Below, in pieces: positions 19,738-29,730 of a stretch of 64,000 bases of DNA. Location: positions 384,001 to 448,000 of the forward strand of contig OY760935.1 of the NCBI GenBank assembly GCA_963664295.1, given 5' to 3'. This DNA comes from Candidatus Altimarinota bacterium. GTDB taxonomy: Bacteria; Patescibacteriota; Gracilibacteria; CAIRYL01; GCA-016699755. Positions within the stretch are counted from its first letter, which is position 1. Every line of letters begins with the position of its first letter. The notes under the pieces were generated by a model. It ran no database searches, was not told the origin of the DNA, and saw nothing but the letters and a program-made list of their open reading frames with translations. A program made the position numbers and the translations under genes.

Positions 19738-20970
19738 ATGAAAAAAACAATATTTGCTTTGTTGAGTATATTTTTCTTGAGCTCTTCCGTGGCTCAAGCT
19801 CAAGAAATACATTCTCCTGATTCTTGTGAAACAAAAAGGGTCGAGGTTTTTGTGCGTGATGGCTGTGGACACTGCGCAAATGAAAAAGAATATTTAAAAG
19901 ATTTTGAAGGAATTGAAGCTAGATTAGTAGATATTAACACCGCTGATGGCAGAGCGCTTTTTAATCAGGTGACAAATAAGTATGAAATAGACAAAGTCAC
20001 ACCAATTACTCTTGTGGGCAATGAGATTATTGTTGGTTTTTATGGTCCAACAAAATCAGCAATAGAAAATAACCTTCAAAACCATAAAAAATTCTATACT
20101 TTTGAAAAAACTCTTGAAGATGATGTCTGTATAGATGTTTATCCAAATAAAACTTGCCCCACAGAAAAAGTAAATGAGCCTGAAGCTTGCGAAACTGACT
20201 CAGCAATAACAAGAGCGCTAAAAAATGTGGATATTCCTTTTATAGGAACTGTGGATTTATCCAATTATGCACTACCAACAATTTCTATTGTTCTTGGTTT
20301 TATTGATGGCTTTAATCCTTGTGCAATGTGGGTTTTGGTGGCTTTTTTGGTAGCCTTAATCCAAATTGGAGATAGATTTAAAATGTTTCTTACTGCTGGT
20401 TTGTTTATTTTTGCAGAAGCAGTGATGTATTCTCTTATTCTTGGTGCTTGGTCAGCTCTTTTCAATTTTGTAAGTCTTGATAAAATAGTGACCCCAATTA
20501 TTGGAACTGTTGCTATTGGTGCGGCTATCTTCTTCCTTTATGAGGGAATTTTTTCTGATGGCACATGTAAGGTGACCAATCCTAAGCAAAGAAAAAAAAT
20601 TAGCCAAAGAATTAAGGACTTATCAGAAAAACCAATTACTATTGGATTTTTTATCGGTATTTTAGGGTTGGCTTTTTCTGTAAATATTATTGAATTTGCC
20701 TGCTCTGTTGGCATACCACAAACCTTTACTGATGTTCTTCATCTTTCAGGTATTTCATTGCTTTCTCGTATTTGGTATATGAGTCTTTATATTATCTTTT
20801 ACATGATTGATGACTTGATTGTCTTTGGTATTGCTATTTATTCTATTGAAAAAATTGGTATTACCCATAAATATGCACGAGCTTCTAACGTATTAGGTGG
20901 TATTATTATGCTTTTACTAGGTTCAATTCTTCTGTTCAAACCAGAACTTTTTGTTAATATTGGTGGTTAA
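19738..20970 (+). CDS. Glutaredoxin-domain plus DsbD/CcdA-like multi-TM protein
   Basis: Signal peptide, CGHC, DGFNPCAMW, about 6 TM helices. Confidence 0.8.
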   Translation: MKKTIFALLSIFFLSSSVAQAQEIHSPDSCETKRVEVFVRDGCGHCANEKEYLKDFEGIEARLVDINTADGRALFNQVTNKYEIDKVTPITLVGNEIIVGFYGPTKSAIENNLQNHKKFYTFEKTLEDDVCIDVYPNKTCPTEKVNEPEACETDSAITRALKNVDIPFIGTVDLSNYALPTISIVLGFIDGFNPCAMWVLVAFLVALIQIGDRFKMFLTAGLFIFAEAVMYSLILGAWSALFNFVSLDKIVTPIIGTVAIGAAIFFLYEGIFSDGTCKVTNPKQRKKISQRIKDLSEKPITIGFFIGILGLAFSVNIIEFACSVGIPQTFTDVLHLSGISLLSRIWYMSLYIIFYMIDDLIVFGIAIYSIEKIGITHKYARASNVLGGIIMLLLGSILLFKPELFVNIGG

Positions 20971-20974
20971 AACA

Positions 20975-21736
20975 ATGAAAATATTTTTTTTAGGAGACAT
21001 TTTTGGCAGTACAGGCAGAAAAGCAGTAAAAAAATATTTACCGCAAATAATTAAAGATGAAAAACCTGATTTAATTATAGCTAATGCAGAAAATCTCACC
21101 CATGGTGATGGAGCAAGCGAAAAACACTTAACAGAAATGGAAAAAGCGGGAATAGACGCTTTTACAGGTGGTAATCATATTTTTAAAATTGAAGAAATAT
21201 TTAATTCTAAAAGAAAAAATCTAGCAAGACCTGCAAATTTTCCAGAAGGAACTCCAGGAGTAGGATATGTAATAGTAAATAATGTTTTAATTATTAATTT
21301 AATGGGTAGAGTTTTTACTGGTGGAGAATTACTTGATTGCCCTTTTCGAAAAGCAGAAGAAATCATAGAAAAACATAAAAAAGTAGATGCTGTGATAGTT
21401 GATTTTCACGCAGAAACAACCAGCGAAAAAAAAGCTCTAAAGTATTTTCTTGATGGCAAAGCAACTGCAATTTTTGGCACTCATACTCATGTTGCAACTT
21501 GTGATTACACAATAAGCGAAAATGGCACTTTTTTTGTTTCTGATGTGGGCATGACTGGCCCTGTTGAAGACTCTATTATTGGTGTTAAAAAAGATATTAT
21601 TCTTAAAAAATTTCTAACCAACCTCTCGGTTAGGCATGCGCCTGCCAAAGGTAAAACTATTTTTCAGGGTTTTTTGCTCGACATTTCCAACAAAAAAGTG
21701 CAAAATTTCCGTCGTATTAAATTATTTTCAGAATGA
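20975..21736 (+). CDS. ymdB: YmdB-family metallophosphoesterase
   Basis: GDIFG, ANAEN, GNH, DFHAETTSEK, GTHTHV, DVGMTG; start placed at ATG 20975. Confidence 0.92.
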   Translation: MKIFFLGDIFGSTGRKAVKKYLPQIIKDEKPDLIIANAENLTHGDGASEKHLTEMEKAGIDAFTGGNHIFKIEEIFNSKRKNLARPANFPEGTPGVGYVIVNNVLIINLMGRVFTGGELLDCPFRKAEEIIEKHKKVDAVIVDFHAETTSEKKALKYFLDGKATAIFGTHTHVATCDYTISENGTFFVSDVGMTGPVEDSIIGVKKDIILKKFLTNLSVRHAPAKGKTIFQGFLLDISNKKVQNFRRIKLFSE

Positions 21737-23010
21737 AAGCAACTAGCAAAACTCTTGGTTTTTTACTTATCCCTTTATTTTCATTTTTTTTAGGTTGGCA
21801 ATTCGCCTCTGATTATCAAATTCAAAACCAAGAAAAAGAAGAGCCTGTAATCAATTTAGATGATATTGATCCAGAAAAAATTCAAGATTCAATGTATTTA
21901 TTTAAATATTTATTAAAAAAAGACGTTGATCTTTTTCTTGCTGAAGAGATTTTGGGCATTATTGAAGAAAAATATGTAAATCCAGAAGATATAGATCCAC
22001 AAGAAATAACTTATGGGCTTGCAAAGGGCATTGTTTACTCTCTTGATGATCCTTTTTCTTCTTATCTTACACCTGATGAAAGTGAAAATTTTCAAGATGA
22101 TTTAGATGGTAGCCTAGAAGGCATTGGAGCAGAATTAAACATGCGCGATGGACAAATTATTGTTATTTCTCCTTTGCGTGACTCCCCTGCTAAAAAAGCA
22201 GGATTACTTCCTCAGGATATTATTTTAAAAGTTGATGATGAAGATATAAGTGGACAAAGTCTTTATCAAGTTGTTAAAAAAATCCAAGGCACACCAGGTA
22301 CGATAGTAAAATTATCAATCAAAAGAAAAAATGAGGACGAATTGATTGACCTTGAAATAATAAGAGCAAGAATACACCTTGAAAGTGTTGAATTAGAAAT
22401 GAAAGACAAAATTGCAATCATAGAAGTAAATCAATTTGGCACAAACACAAGCGAAGAATTTGAAAAATATCTTTCACAAGCAATTCTAGATGGCGCAGAA
22501 GGTATTGTTTTAGATTTAAGATTTAATTCTGGTGGCTATTTAATCACAGCTAAAGATATTGTTTCTGCCTTTGTTGCTGATGGCAAAGTTGCTGTCACAA
22601 AAAGCAAACCTGAGGTACAAAAAATTATCTCTGAAAACAATCAAGCTCCAAATTTATATGTTACTGGAAATAAAAAAACAGATTTGCCTTTGGTTGTTTT
22701 ACAAAATGGCGGTAGTGCCAGTGCTTCTGAAATTGTTGCTGGTGCATTAAAAGATCATCAAAGAGCTACAATAATTGGTGAAACTAGCTTTGGAAAAGGC
22801 ACAGTCCAAGAAGTTATACCTTTAAAACATGGGGGTAATTTAAAACTTACTATTGCTAAGTGGTTCACCCCAAATGGCACAGATATCAACGAAGTTGGCA
22901 TTGAGCCTGACATTGAAGTCGAAAACACTATTGAAGATTTTGAAAACAATCTTGATCCACAAATGGACAAAGCAATAGAGGTATTAAAAGAAAAAATTGA
23001 AAATTCATAA
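21733..23010 (+). CDS. ctpA: Carboxyl-terminal processing protease (S41)
   Basis: DPFS.Y, GIGA PDZ, LDLR.N.GG, SASASE, FGKGTVQ. Confidence 0.92.
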   Translation: MKATSKTLGFLLIPLFSFFLGWQFASDYQIQNQEKEEPVINLDDIDPEKIQDSMYLFKYLLKKDVDLFLAEEILGIIEEKYVNPEDIDPQEITYGLAKGIVYSLDDPFSSYLTPDESENFQDDLDGSLEGIGAELNMRDGQIIVISPLRDSPAKKAGLLPQDIILKVDDEDISGQSLYQVVKKIQGTPGTIVKLSIKRKNEDELIDLEIIRARIHLESVELEMKDKIAIIEVNQFGTNTSEEFEKYLSQAILDGAEGIVLDLRFNSGGYLITAKDIVSAFVADGKVAVTKSKPEVQKIISENNQAPNLYVTGNKKTDLPLVVLQNGGSASASEIVAGALKDHQRATIIGETSFGKGTVQEVIPLKHGGNLKLTIAKWFTPNGTDINEVGIEPDIEVENTIEDFENNLDPQMDKAIEVLKEKIENS

Positions 23011-23086
23011 TTTACCAAAAATAAGTTTTGTGCGATTATAAAAGCATGAAAATAGAAATTATTGAATTTTTAATTAACTTTAAGAT

Positions 23087-24184
23087 ATGAAGATAGGGAT
23101 TGATGCTCGCATGTGCGGAAAAGAATTCACCGGTATAGGCAGAATGGCTTATGAGCTAATTAGCAGGCTACCTTTTTTAATGCCACAAGTTGAATTTGTT
23201 ATTTTTTTAAATAGCAAAAATTATAAAAACTACAAAACAAGAAAAAATGTAAAAAAAGTGCTTGCTGATGAACCAATCTATTCTTTTAAAGAGCAAAGTT
23301 CTTTTTTAAACAAAATAAATCAAGAAAAGTGCGACTTAATGTACTTTTTACACTTCAATATACCACTTTTATACCGCAGGCCTTTTGCTGTGGTTATCCA
23401 TGACATTACTCTAATTGATTTTCCAGGCAAAAAAATGAACCACTGGTGGCATAGAATGGCTTTTTATTTAATTTTTAGAAAAGCAATTAAAAAATCAAAA
23501 GGCATAGCCACAGTCTCAAAATATACAAAAAATCAAATAATTAAGCGCTTTAAAGCTAAAAAAGAAAAAATAAAAGTAATTTACAATGGAATTGATGAAA
23601 AATTTTCTAAACAAAAAAAATCTAGTGTCAAAAAATTTGGCATAAAAAAACCATATTTTTTATATACAGGAGTATGGAGAGAACACAAAAACATACTTGG
23701 ACTTATTCATGCTTTTTCAAAAACAATAAAAAATGGTCTAGATGCAGAACTTGTGCTTACTGGAGGACGAAACGAAATTTATGCACAAGAAGTAAAAAAC
23801 TTAATCAAAAAGAAAAAATTAACAAAAAAAGTAATCTTACCTGGCTTAGTACCGGAAGAAGATTTACTTATTTTATTTAAAAATGCTCATGCTTTTGTTT
23901 TTCCTAGTTTTTCTGAAGGATTTGGTTTACCTCCATTAGAAGCTATGGCATCTGGTGTGCCTGTGACTTGTTCCAGCACCACTTCCCTGCCAGAGGTTTG
24001 TGGAAAATCTGTTTTATTTTTCAATCCCTACCAATCAGAAAATATGGCAAAAAAAATGATCCAAATATTTACAGACGAAAAACTGAGAACAAAATTGATC
24101 GAAAAAGGCTATAAACAAGCCAAAAAATTCACTTGGGAAAATTGTGCTCAAGTAAATAGTGAATTTTTACAAAATTTACTTTAA
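23087..24184 (+). CDS. Glycosyltransferase family 4
   Basis: IGIDAR, TGIGR, FPS.SEGFGLPPLEAMA. Confidence 0.92.
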   Translation: MKIGIDARMCGKEFTGIGRMAYELISRLPFLMPQVEFVIFLNSKNYKNYKTRKNVKKVLADEPIYSFKEQSSFLNKINQEKCDLMYFLHFNIPLLYRRPFAVVIHDITLIDFPGKKMNHWWHRMAFYLIFRKAIKKSKGIATVSKYTKNQIIKRFKAKKEKIKVIYNGIDEKFSKQKKSSVKKFGIKKPYFLYTGVWREHKNILGLIHAFSKTIKNGLDAELVLTGGRNEIYAQEVKNLIKKKKLTKKVILPGLVPEEDLLILFKNAHAFVFPSFSEGFGLPPLEAMASGVPVTCSSTTSLPEVCGKSVLFFNPYQSENMAKKMIQIFTDEKLRTKLIEKGYKQAKKFTWENCAQVNSEFLQNLL

Positions 24185-24209
24185 ACTTAATTAAGTTTTT
24201 TTATAAATC

Positions 24210-25427
24210 ATGCAGGAATTTCTTTTAGGATTACTCATTTTAGTATTTATTGGTGGATTTTATTTCATAATCCGCAAGTTAGAAGAGCAAAAAAAACCTG
24301 AAGACGAAAATGTGGGTTTATTAAAGGCAGAAAATAATAACTTAAAACAAGATTTAGAAAGAAAAAACGAACAAATTGCAAAATTAGATAATGAATTAAA
24401 AAATACCACCAAAGAAAGAGATGAATTTGCAGGCAAAAACAAAACAATGTTTATAGATATCACTAAAAAAGAAGAAAGAATAAGCGCATTGGCACAAGAA
24501 AGAGACGAGCTAAGATCACAAAAAACCAAACATGAAAGCGAACAAGCTCGCAAAGAAAAAGAGTTTCAAGAAAAAATAGATCAATTAAACATAGCAAGAA
24601 AAAGCCTGGAAGAAGAACGCCAAAGAATAATTAAAGAAGATGAAGAAAAAACAGCCAGAGAATTGGCAGAAAGAGACAGAATGTGGAATGACCACGAAAA
24701 CACAGTAATTAGCAAGTTAGCCGAGCTTTGTAGCCTTCCAGAGCATAATTTTCTTAATTTTAATAACGAAAATTTGCCTGAAGATATAGACAGCAAGCTA
24801 AAACCTGATTTTATGATTGAATTTCTTGATAAATATATTATTTTTGATGCTAAAATTTCCCGTTCGGATAACTTGCAAATTTATATGAATACACAGGTAA
24901 AAAGCACAGTGGAAAAAATCAAAAAAGAAAATAAAATTTATCCAATGGTTTTCTTTGTTGTACCAACTGAGGCAATTGGTACCTTAAAAAAACTCCATTT
25001 TTATGAACAAGGTTATAGTTTTTATGTAGTTTCTCCAGAATCTCTTGCGCCTATTCTTGCTAGTTTGAAAAAAATCACAACTTATGAATTTGCAGAAAAA
25101 ATGGATCCTGAAGAAAGAGAAAATATAGTTAATTTACTAGCAGAGCTAGATTATCATATTAATTTCCGCAATGCTTTTGATATTTTAATGGCTCAAAGTG
25201 GTGTAAAAATCCTTGATAAAAGCGAAAGCTTGCCAGCAGAAATGCAAGAAGAAATTGAAACCAGAAAAAGCAAAATGCGCCTAAAAAACTTCACCCCAAC
25301 AGAATTAAAAAACTTAATTAAAGGCACAAAAAAGCAAGAAGATGAAATCAAAAAAATGACAAAACCTAAAGCAGACATACAAAATCAAGAATTAGACAGT
25401 GCCTCACAACTTTTTCCTGAAAATTAA
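24210..25427 (+). CDS. RmuC-like protein (TM anchor, coiled coil, PD-(D/E)xK domain)
   Basis: KPDFMI...IIFDAK, FVVP.E. Confidence 0.65.
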   Translation: MQEFLLGLLILVFIGGFYFIIRKLEEQKKPEDENVGLLKAENNNLKQDLERKNEQIAKLDNELKNTTKERDEFAGKNKTMFIDITKKEERISALAQERDELRSQKTKHESEQARKEKEFQEKIDQLNIARKSLEEERQRIIKEDEEKTARELAERDRMWNDHENTVISKLAELCSLPEHNFLNFNNENLPEDIDSKLKPDFMIEFLDKYIIFDAKISRSDNLQIYMNTQVKSTVEKIKKENKIYPMVFFVVPTEAIGTLKKLHFYEQGYSFYVVSPESLAPILASLKKITTYEFAEKMDPEERENIVNLLAELDYHINFRNAFDILMAQSGVKILDKSESLPAEMQEEIETRKSKMRLKNFTPTELKNLIKGTKKQEDEIKKMTKPKADIQNQELDSASQLFPEN

Positions 25428-25474
25428 TCTATTCTTTGCTTTGAATATTTTTTTATATAAGCCATAATAATTTT

Positions 25475-27490
25475 ATGTCTAAAGAATTTAAATTAGTATC
25501 GGAATTTAAGCCAATGGGCGACCAACCCGAAGCAATAGATTACTTATGCAAAGGTTTAGAAAAAAACAAGCCTTTTCAAACCCTAATTGGTGCAACAGGC
25601 ACAGGAAAAACCTTTACAATGGCCAATGTTGTTGCACAAACACAAAGACCAACATTAGTTTTGACACATAATAAAACCCTTGCGGCTCAGCTTTGTGCTG
25701 AGTTTCAAGAATTTTTTCCAGAAAATGCAGTGTCTTATTTTGTGAGTTATTATGATTATTACCAACCAGAGGCTTATATGCCAAAAACTGATACTTATAT
25801 TGAAAAAGAAGCTACAATTAACGAAGAAATTGAAAAATTTCGTCATGCAGCCACACATAACCTTTTAACTCGTCGAGATACTCTTATTGTTGCCACTGTT
25901 TCTTGTATTTATGGCCTAGGAAGTCCACAAGACTACATAGACCTGGCAATAACACTCAAAGCAGGCACAGAAGTCTCTAGGAATAAACTTTTACGCCAAT
26001 TAACAGATATTCAATACACAAGATCAGGTGCTGATTTTAAGCAAGGCATGTTTCATGTGCTTGGTGATACTATAGAAATTTTTCCTCCTTCTTCAGATAG
26101 TGTTTACAGAGTTGAATTTTTTGGTGATGAAATAGAAGCAATATCTGAAGTAGATTCTTTTACTGGCGAGCTTTTTGAAGAACTAGAAGAGGTAAAAATA
26201 TTCCCAGCAAAACACAGTGTCACCACAGAAGCAAAAATCGAAAAAGCAACAGTGGAAATCAAAAAAGACCTAGAAATCCGCTATAAAGAATTATTAAAAA
26301 TGGGCAAAAACCTCGAAGCAGAGCGCCTAAAAACCAAAACTGAATATGATATTGAAATGCTTTTAGAAACAGGGCATGTCGCAGGAATAGAAAACTACAC
26401 CAAATATTTTTCCGGACGAGCTTCTGGCGAAGCTCCACCAACATTATTAGAGTATTTTCCTGATGATTTTTTGCTTTTTGTCGATGAATCACATATAGCA
26501 GTGCCACAAATTGGTGGAATGTTTAATGGAAACTATTCTCGTAAATCCACATTGGTCGAACATGGCTTTCGTTTGCCATCTGCGCATGATAATCGCCCAC
26601 TTAAGTTTGAAGAATTTGAAAAACTAACTCCAAAAAAAATCTTTGTTTCTGCTACTCCTGGTGTTTATGAATTTGAAAAATGCGCCAATATGGACAAAAA
26701 AGAATACTATATCAAAAGAAGAAAAGATGAAAAAACTCCCCTACCTAAAAATTTTGTGGAACAAATAATTCGTCCAACTGGCTTAACCGACCCAAAGGTA
26801 ACAGTACTTCCTAGTGAAAACCAAATTGATGTGGTTATGGAAAAAATTGAAGACAGAGTAAAAAAAGGAGAAAGAGTGTTAATCACAACTTTAACCAAAA
26901 AATCAGCTGAAAAATTATCAGGATTTCTTAAAGAAAATGGCGTAAAAGTCGGCTGGCTTCATTCCGAAGTTGAAACAATGGAAAGAACTGAGATTTTACG
27001 CAGTTTGCGTGAAGGCAAAATTGATGTTTTGGTTGGTATTAACTTGCTTCGTGAAGGTCTTGATTTACCAGAGGTTTCTTTGGTTTGCATTCTTGATGCA
27101 GACAAAGAAGGTTTTTTACGCAGTCGTGATGCACTTATTCAAACAATGGGTCGTGCTTCCCGTAATGTTAATGGTGAGGCAATTTTATTTGCAGATAAAA
27201 AAACTGATTCTATGCGTGATGCAATTTTGGAAACCGAACGCAGACGAGTAATTCAAGAAGCACATAACAAAAAACATGGCATAACTCCAAAAACTATCAT
27301 CAAAAAAATCCATGATATTGCTCCTCGCAAAAAAGCAGATGAAGACACACTAAAGAAAGTTAAAAAGAATGAAATTCCTCGCCTGATCAAAGAATTAGAA
27401 AATCAAATGGATTTGGCTGTAAAAAATCTTGATTTTGAAAAAGCAGCAGAACTTAGAGATGAAATTGAGTTTTTGAAGTACGAAAAATAA
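25475..27490 (+). CDS. uvrB: Excinuclease ABC subunit B
   Basis: GATGTGKT, YYDYYQPEAY, DESH, GINLLREGLD, C-terminal UVR domain. Confidence 0.98.
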   Translation: MSKEFKLVSEFKPMGDQPEAIDYLCKGLEKNKPFQTLIGATGTGKTFTMANVVAQTQRPTLVLTHNKTLAAQLCAEFQEFFPENAVSYFVSYYDYYQPEAYMPKTDTYIEKEATINEEIEKFRHAATHNLLTRRDTLIVATVSCIYGLGSPQDYIDLAITLKAGTEVSRNKLLRQLTDIQYTRSGADFKQGMFHVLGDTIEIFPPSSDSVYRVEFFGDEIEAISEVDSFTGELFEELEEVKIFPAKHSVTTEAKIEKATVEIKKDLEIRYKELLKMGKNLEAERLKTKTEYDIEMLLETGHVAGIENYTKYFSGRASGEAPPTLLEYFPDDFLLFVDESHIAVPQIGGMFNGNYSRKSTLVEHGFRLPSAHDNRPLKFEEFEKLTPKKIFVSATPGVYEFEKCANMDKKEYYIKRRKDEKTPLPKNFVEQIIRPTGLTDPKVTVLPSENQIDVVMEKIEDRVKKGERVLITTLTKKSAEKLSGFLKENGVKVGWLHSEVETMERTEILRSLREGKIDVLVGINLLREGLDLPEVSLVCILDADKEGFLRSRDALIQTMGRASRNVNGEAILFADKKTDSMRDAILETERRRVIQEAHNKKHGITPKTIIKKIHDIAPRKKADEDTLKKVKKNEIPRLIKELENQMDLAVKNLDFEKAAELRDEIEFLKYEK

Positions 27491-27536
27491 ATTTTTAGTA
27501 ATTTTCTTAAACATTTGCTTAAAATCTGCCTTACCT

Positions 27537-27911
27537 TATCATTGTGGACTACGATCCGCAATCTCCTTGGACATACGCTCAAATACTATCTCGGTTATTA
27601 CAACAGTAATGACTACGGGAGACCCCTCGACTCGCTCCGCTCACTCGGGGTGACAAACTATTTCTGTCATTCTGAGCGAAGCGAAGAATCTCCTTGGACA
27701 TACGCTCAAATACTATCTCGGTTATTACAACAGTAATGGCTACGGGAGACCCCTCGACTCGCTCCGCTCACTCGGGGTGACAAACTATTTCTGTCATTCT
27801 GAGCGAAGCGAAGAATCTCCTTGGACATACGCTCAAATACTATCTCGGTTATTACAACAGTAATGGCTACGGGAGACCCCTCGACTCGCTCCGCTCACTC
27901 GGGGTGACAAA
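27537..27911. repeat. Tandem array of a 127-bp REP-like palindromic unit (about 2.8 near-identical copies)
   Basis: atctccttggacatacg starts at 27561, 27688 and 27815; contains GTCATTCTGAGCGAAGCGAAGAATCTC and GAGACCCCTCGACTCGCTCCGCTCACTCGGGGTGAC. Confidence 0.9.
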
Positions 27912-27922
27912 AAGAATCAGGC

Positions 27923-27953
27923 AAAAAAAGGGCACAAAAAGCGCCCTTCTTTT
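27923..27953. terminator. Bidirectional terminator-like hairpin between uvrB and hisI
   Basis: aaaaaaagggc...gcccttctttt. Confidence 0.6.
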
Positions 27954-27966
27954 GTTAAAACTCTAT

Positions 27967-28359
27967 TTATTCTGGCAAAAGAGTTTTTATCTTACCACTA
28001 GTAGTATTAATAATACGGCTAAAGCAAGATTTCCAACCTTCAATGTGACAAGCTCCCTCCCCTTCCATTTCCACTACATAAATCAAAGTATCGTAATCAC
28101 AGTCCGTGCGAATATCTTTAATTTTTAAAGTGTCTCCAGAAGTTAAGCCTTTTGTCCACAATTCATTGCGTGAACGAGTCCAAAAAGTTGCCAAACCTGT
28201 TTCCAAAGTTTTTTCAAACGCCTCTTTGTTTACAAAACCTAGCATGAGAATTTCTCCTGTGGATTCCTCCTGCACTATTGCAGGCATTAAGCCATTTGGA
28301 TATTTCTCAAAATCCAGATCTTGCCAAGTTTCTCGAGGTTTTTTTGATAATTTATTCAT
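27967..28359 (-). CDS. hisI: Phosphoribosyl-AMP cyclohydrolase
   Basis: GLMPAIVQ, WTRSR..LWTKG.TSG, DCD.D, ACH...SCF. Confidence 0.93.
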   Translation of the reverse strand: MNKLSKKPRETWQDLDFEKYPNGLMPAIVQEESTGEILMLGFVNKEAFEKTLETGLATFWTRSRNELWTKGLTSGDTLKIKDIRTDCDYDTLIYVVEMEGEGACHIEGWKSCFSRIINTTSGKIKTLLPE

Positions 28360-28374
28360 TTTTTAAAATTAAAG

Positions 28375-28578
28375 TTAAAAATCAGTGATTGCGTTTTTAA
28401 ATTTTTGCATGAGTTCTTTTTCGCACTCTTCAAGTGATTGTGGGTCGCAATCAAATTGCAAAGTTAAAATATCGTCTATTAATTGGGAATATGCTTCCCA
28501 AATAGGCCTTAATTTTAAAAAATCTTTTCTTTGCATTGTTTTTCCCATGAAAATCACTTTTGATGATGAATTTTTCAT
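28375..28578 (-). CDS. Small hypothetical protein between hisG and hisI
   Basis: 67-aa ORF fills the gap with 15-nt spacers on both sides. Confidence 0.55.
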   Translation of the reverse strand: MKNSSSKVIFMGKTMQRKDFLKLRPIWEAYSQLIDDILTLQFDCDPQSLEECEKELMQKFKNAITDF

Positions 28579-28593
28579 ATTGAGTTAAAAAAA

Positions 28594-29559
28594 TTAAATA
28601 ATTTGTGCCATTTTGTCTGCAACTTCTGCTTTTATTCTCTGGCTAAACACTACTCCTACATTAGTGGGCGTAATTCCCCGAACTCCTAAGCCTAAAAGCT
28701 TTAATGCAAGCCCATTAACTAATCTCTTAGGAACTAAAACATTAAGAGCAAGCCAATTAGAATTAGCAGTATCAGACACAGTTGGCGAAACATCAGCAGG
28801 TAAAAATTCTTTTACTTGATCCAGTTTGTCTTTTGGCACATTCATAGACACAAAACTAAGTGGCTCTTTTTCTGCACTCAAAACAGCCAACATAGAAACC
28901 GCCACTTCTTCAATAAGATTTCTTATTGTGGTGTCCTTGATTGCTTCTGGACTTAAAATCAACTGCGGATTACTTTTGTATAAAGTTGCTAACTCTTGAA
29001 ATCCGTTTGCTTTTAGCGTGCTTCCTGTTTCTGTGATGTCTGTAAATGCATCAGCCAAGCCAAAAATAGCTTTTGCCTCGGTTTTTCCTTCTGATGGATA
29101 AATATTGATATCATCAGGATTAAAGCCACAAAGTTCTTGTAATTTTTTGCTAGTTAAATTCGGCAATTCAGTTGCTATCACCTTTCCTCTGCAGGCTTCT
29201 ATTTCCGCTATGATTTCCGGATCAGAAGCAAGAACAAGTCTAGATGGTTTATTGGTTTTTTTGGAAAAAACCAAATCTGCAACAACTGGCAATTGCTCAA
29301 AACCAGCCTCTGCAATGTAATCACTACCAGTAATACCAGCATCAACTACGCCATTAGCAACATTGTTGGGCATTTCTTTACGATCCAGAACCCTAAAAAC
29401 CAAATCATCACTAACAGCAGATGGAACTTCGTATTTTCTACCTGGATCTTCTTTTAATAATCCAGATTTAGTTAAAACATTAACAGTTTTTTTGTTTAAA
29501 CTGCCAGAAGGAAGACCAAAATAAGTCTTGCCTGGAATTTTATTAAATTTATTAGTCAT
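28594..29559 (-). CDS. hisG: ATP phosphoribosyltransferase, long form
   Basis: LPSGSL, DAGITGSD, DITETGSTLKANG, C-terminal SPTVS regulatory domain. Confidence 0.93.
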   Translation of the reverse strand: MTNKFNKIPGKTYFGLPSGSLNKKTVNVLTKSGLLKEDPGRKYEVPSAVSDDLVFRVLDRKEMPNNVANGVVDAGITGSDYIAEAGFEQLPVVADLVFSKKTNKPSRLVLASDPEIIAEIEACRGKVIATELPNLTSKKLQELCGFNPDDINIYPSEGKTEAKAIFGLADAFTDITETGSTLKANGFQELATLYKSNPQLILSPEAIKDTTIRNLIEEVAVSMLAVLSAEKEPLSFVSMNVPKDKLDQVKEFLPADVSPTVSDTANSNWLALNVLVPKRLVNGLALKLLGLGVRGITPTNVGVVFSQRIKAEVADKMAQII

Positions 29560-29576
29560 TGTAATTAAAAAAAATT

Positions 29577-29609
29577 AAAAAAGCCCTTAAATTAAACAAT
29601 TTAAGGGCT
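29577..29609 (-). terminator. Attenuator terminator upstream of hisG
   Basis: AGCCCUUAAAUU-GUUU-AAUUUAAGGGCU followed by a U-run on the minus strand. Confidence 0.8.
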
Positions 29610-29636
29610 AAAAGTCGTATAAGTAAATTTTTTAAA

Positions 29637-29714
29637 TCAATGGTCAAAAAACCACTCTCGACTTTCGCCCAAGTTGCGGTGATGCCAAAGATTTAAAAAT
29701 TGCCAAAAACTCAT
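29637..29714 (-). CDS. Putative his leader peptide MSFWQFLNLWHHRNLGESREWFFDH
   Basis: ATG...TGA, tandem His codons, antiterminator arm inside the ORF. Confidence 0.65.
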   Translation of the reverse strand: MSFWQFLNLWHHRNLGESREWFFDH

Positions 29715-29730
29715 ATTAAATTTAAATTTT

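Noticed and set aside
27515-27736. ORFs over repeat or tRNA regions (also 35257-35457, 35343-35528, 51246-51449, 62550-62786)
   Set aside because: Explained by palindromic repeats or tRNA sequence
27537-27911. Possible CRISPR array
   Set aside because: Whole 127-bp units are identical, with no unique spacers and no cas genes
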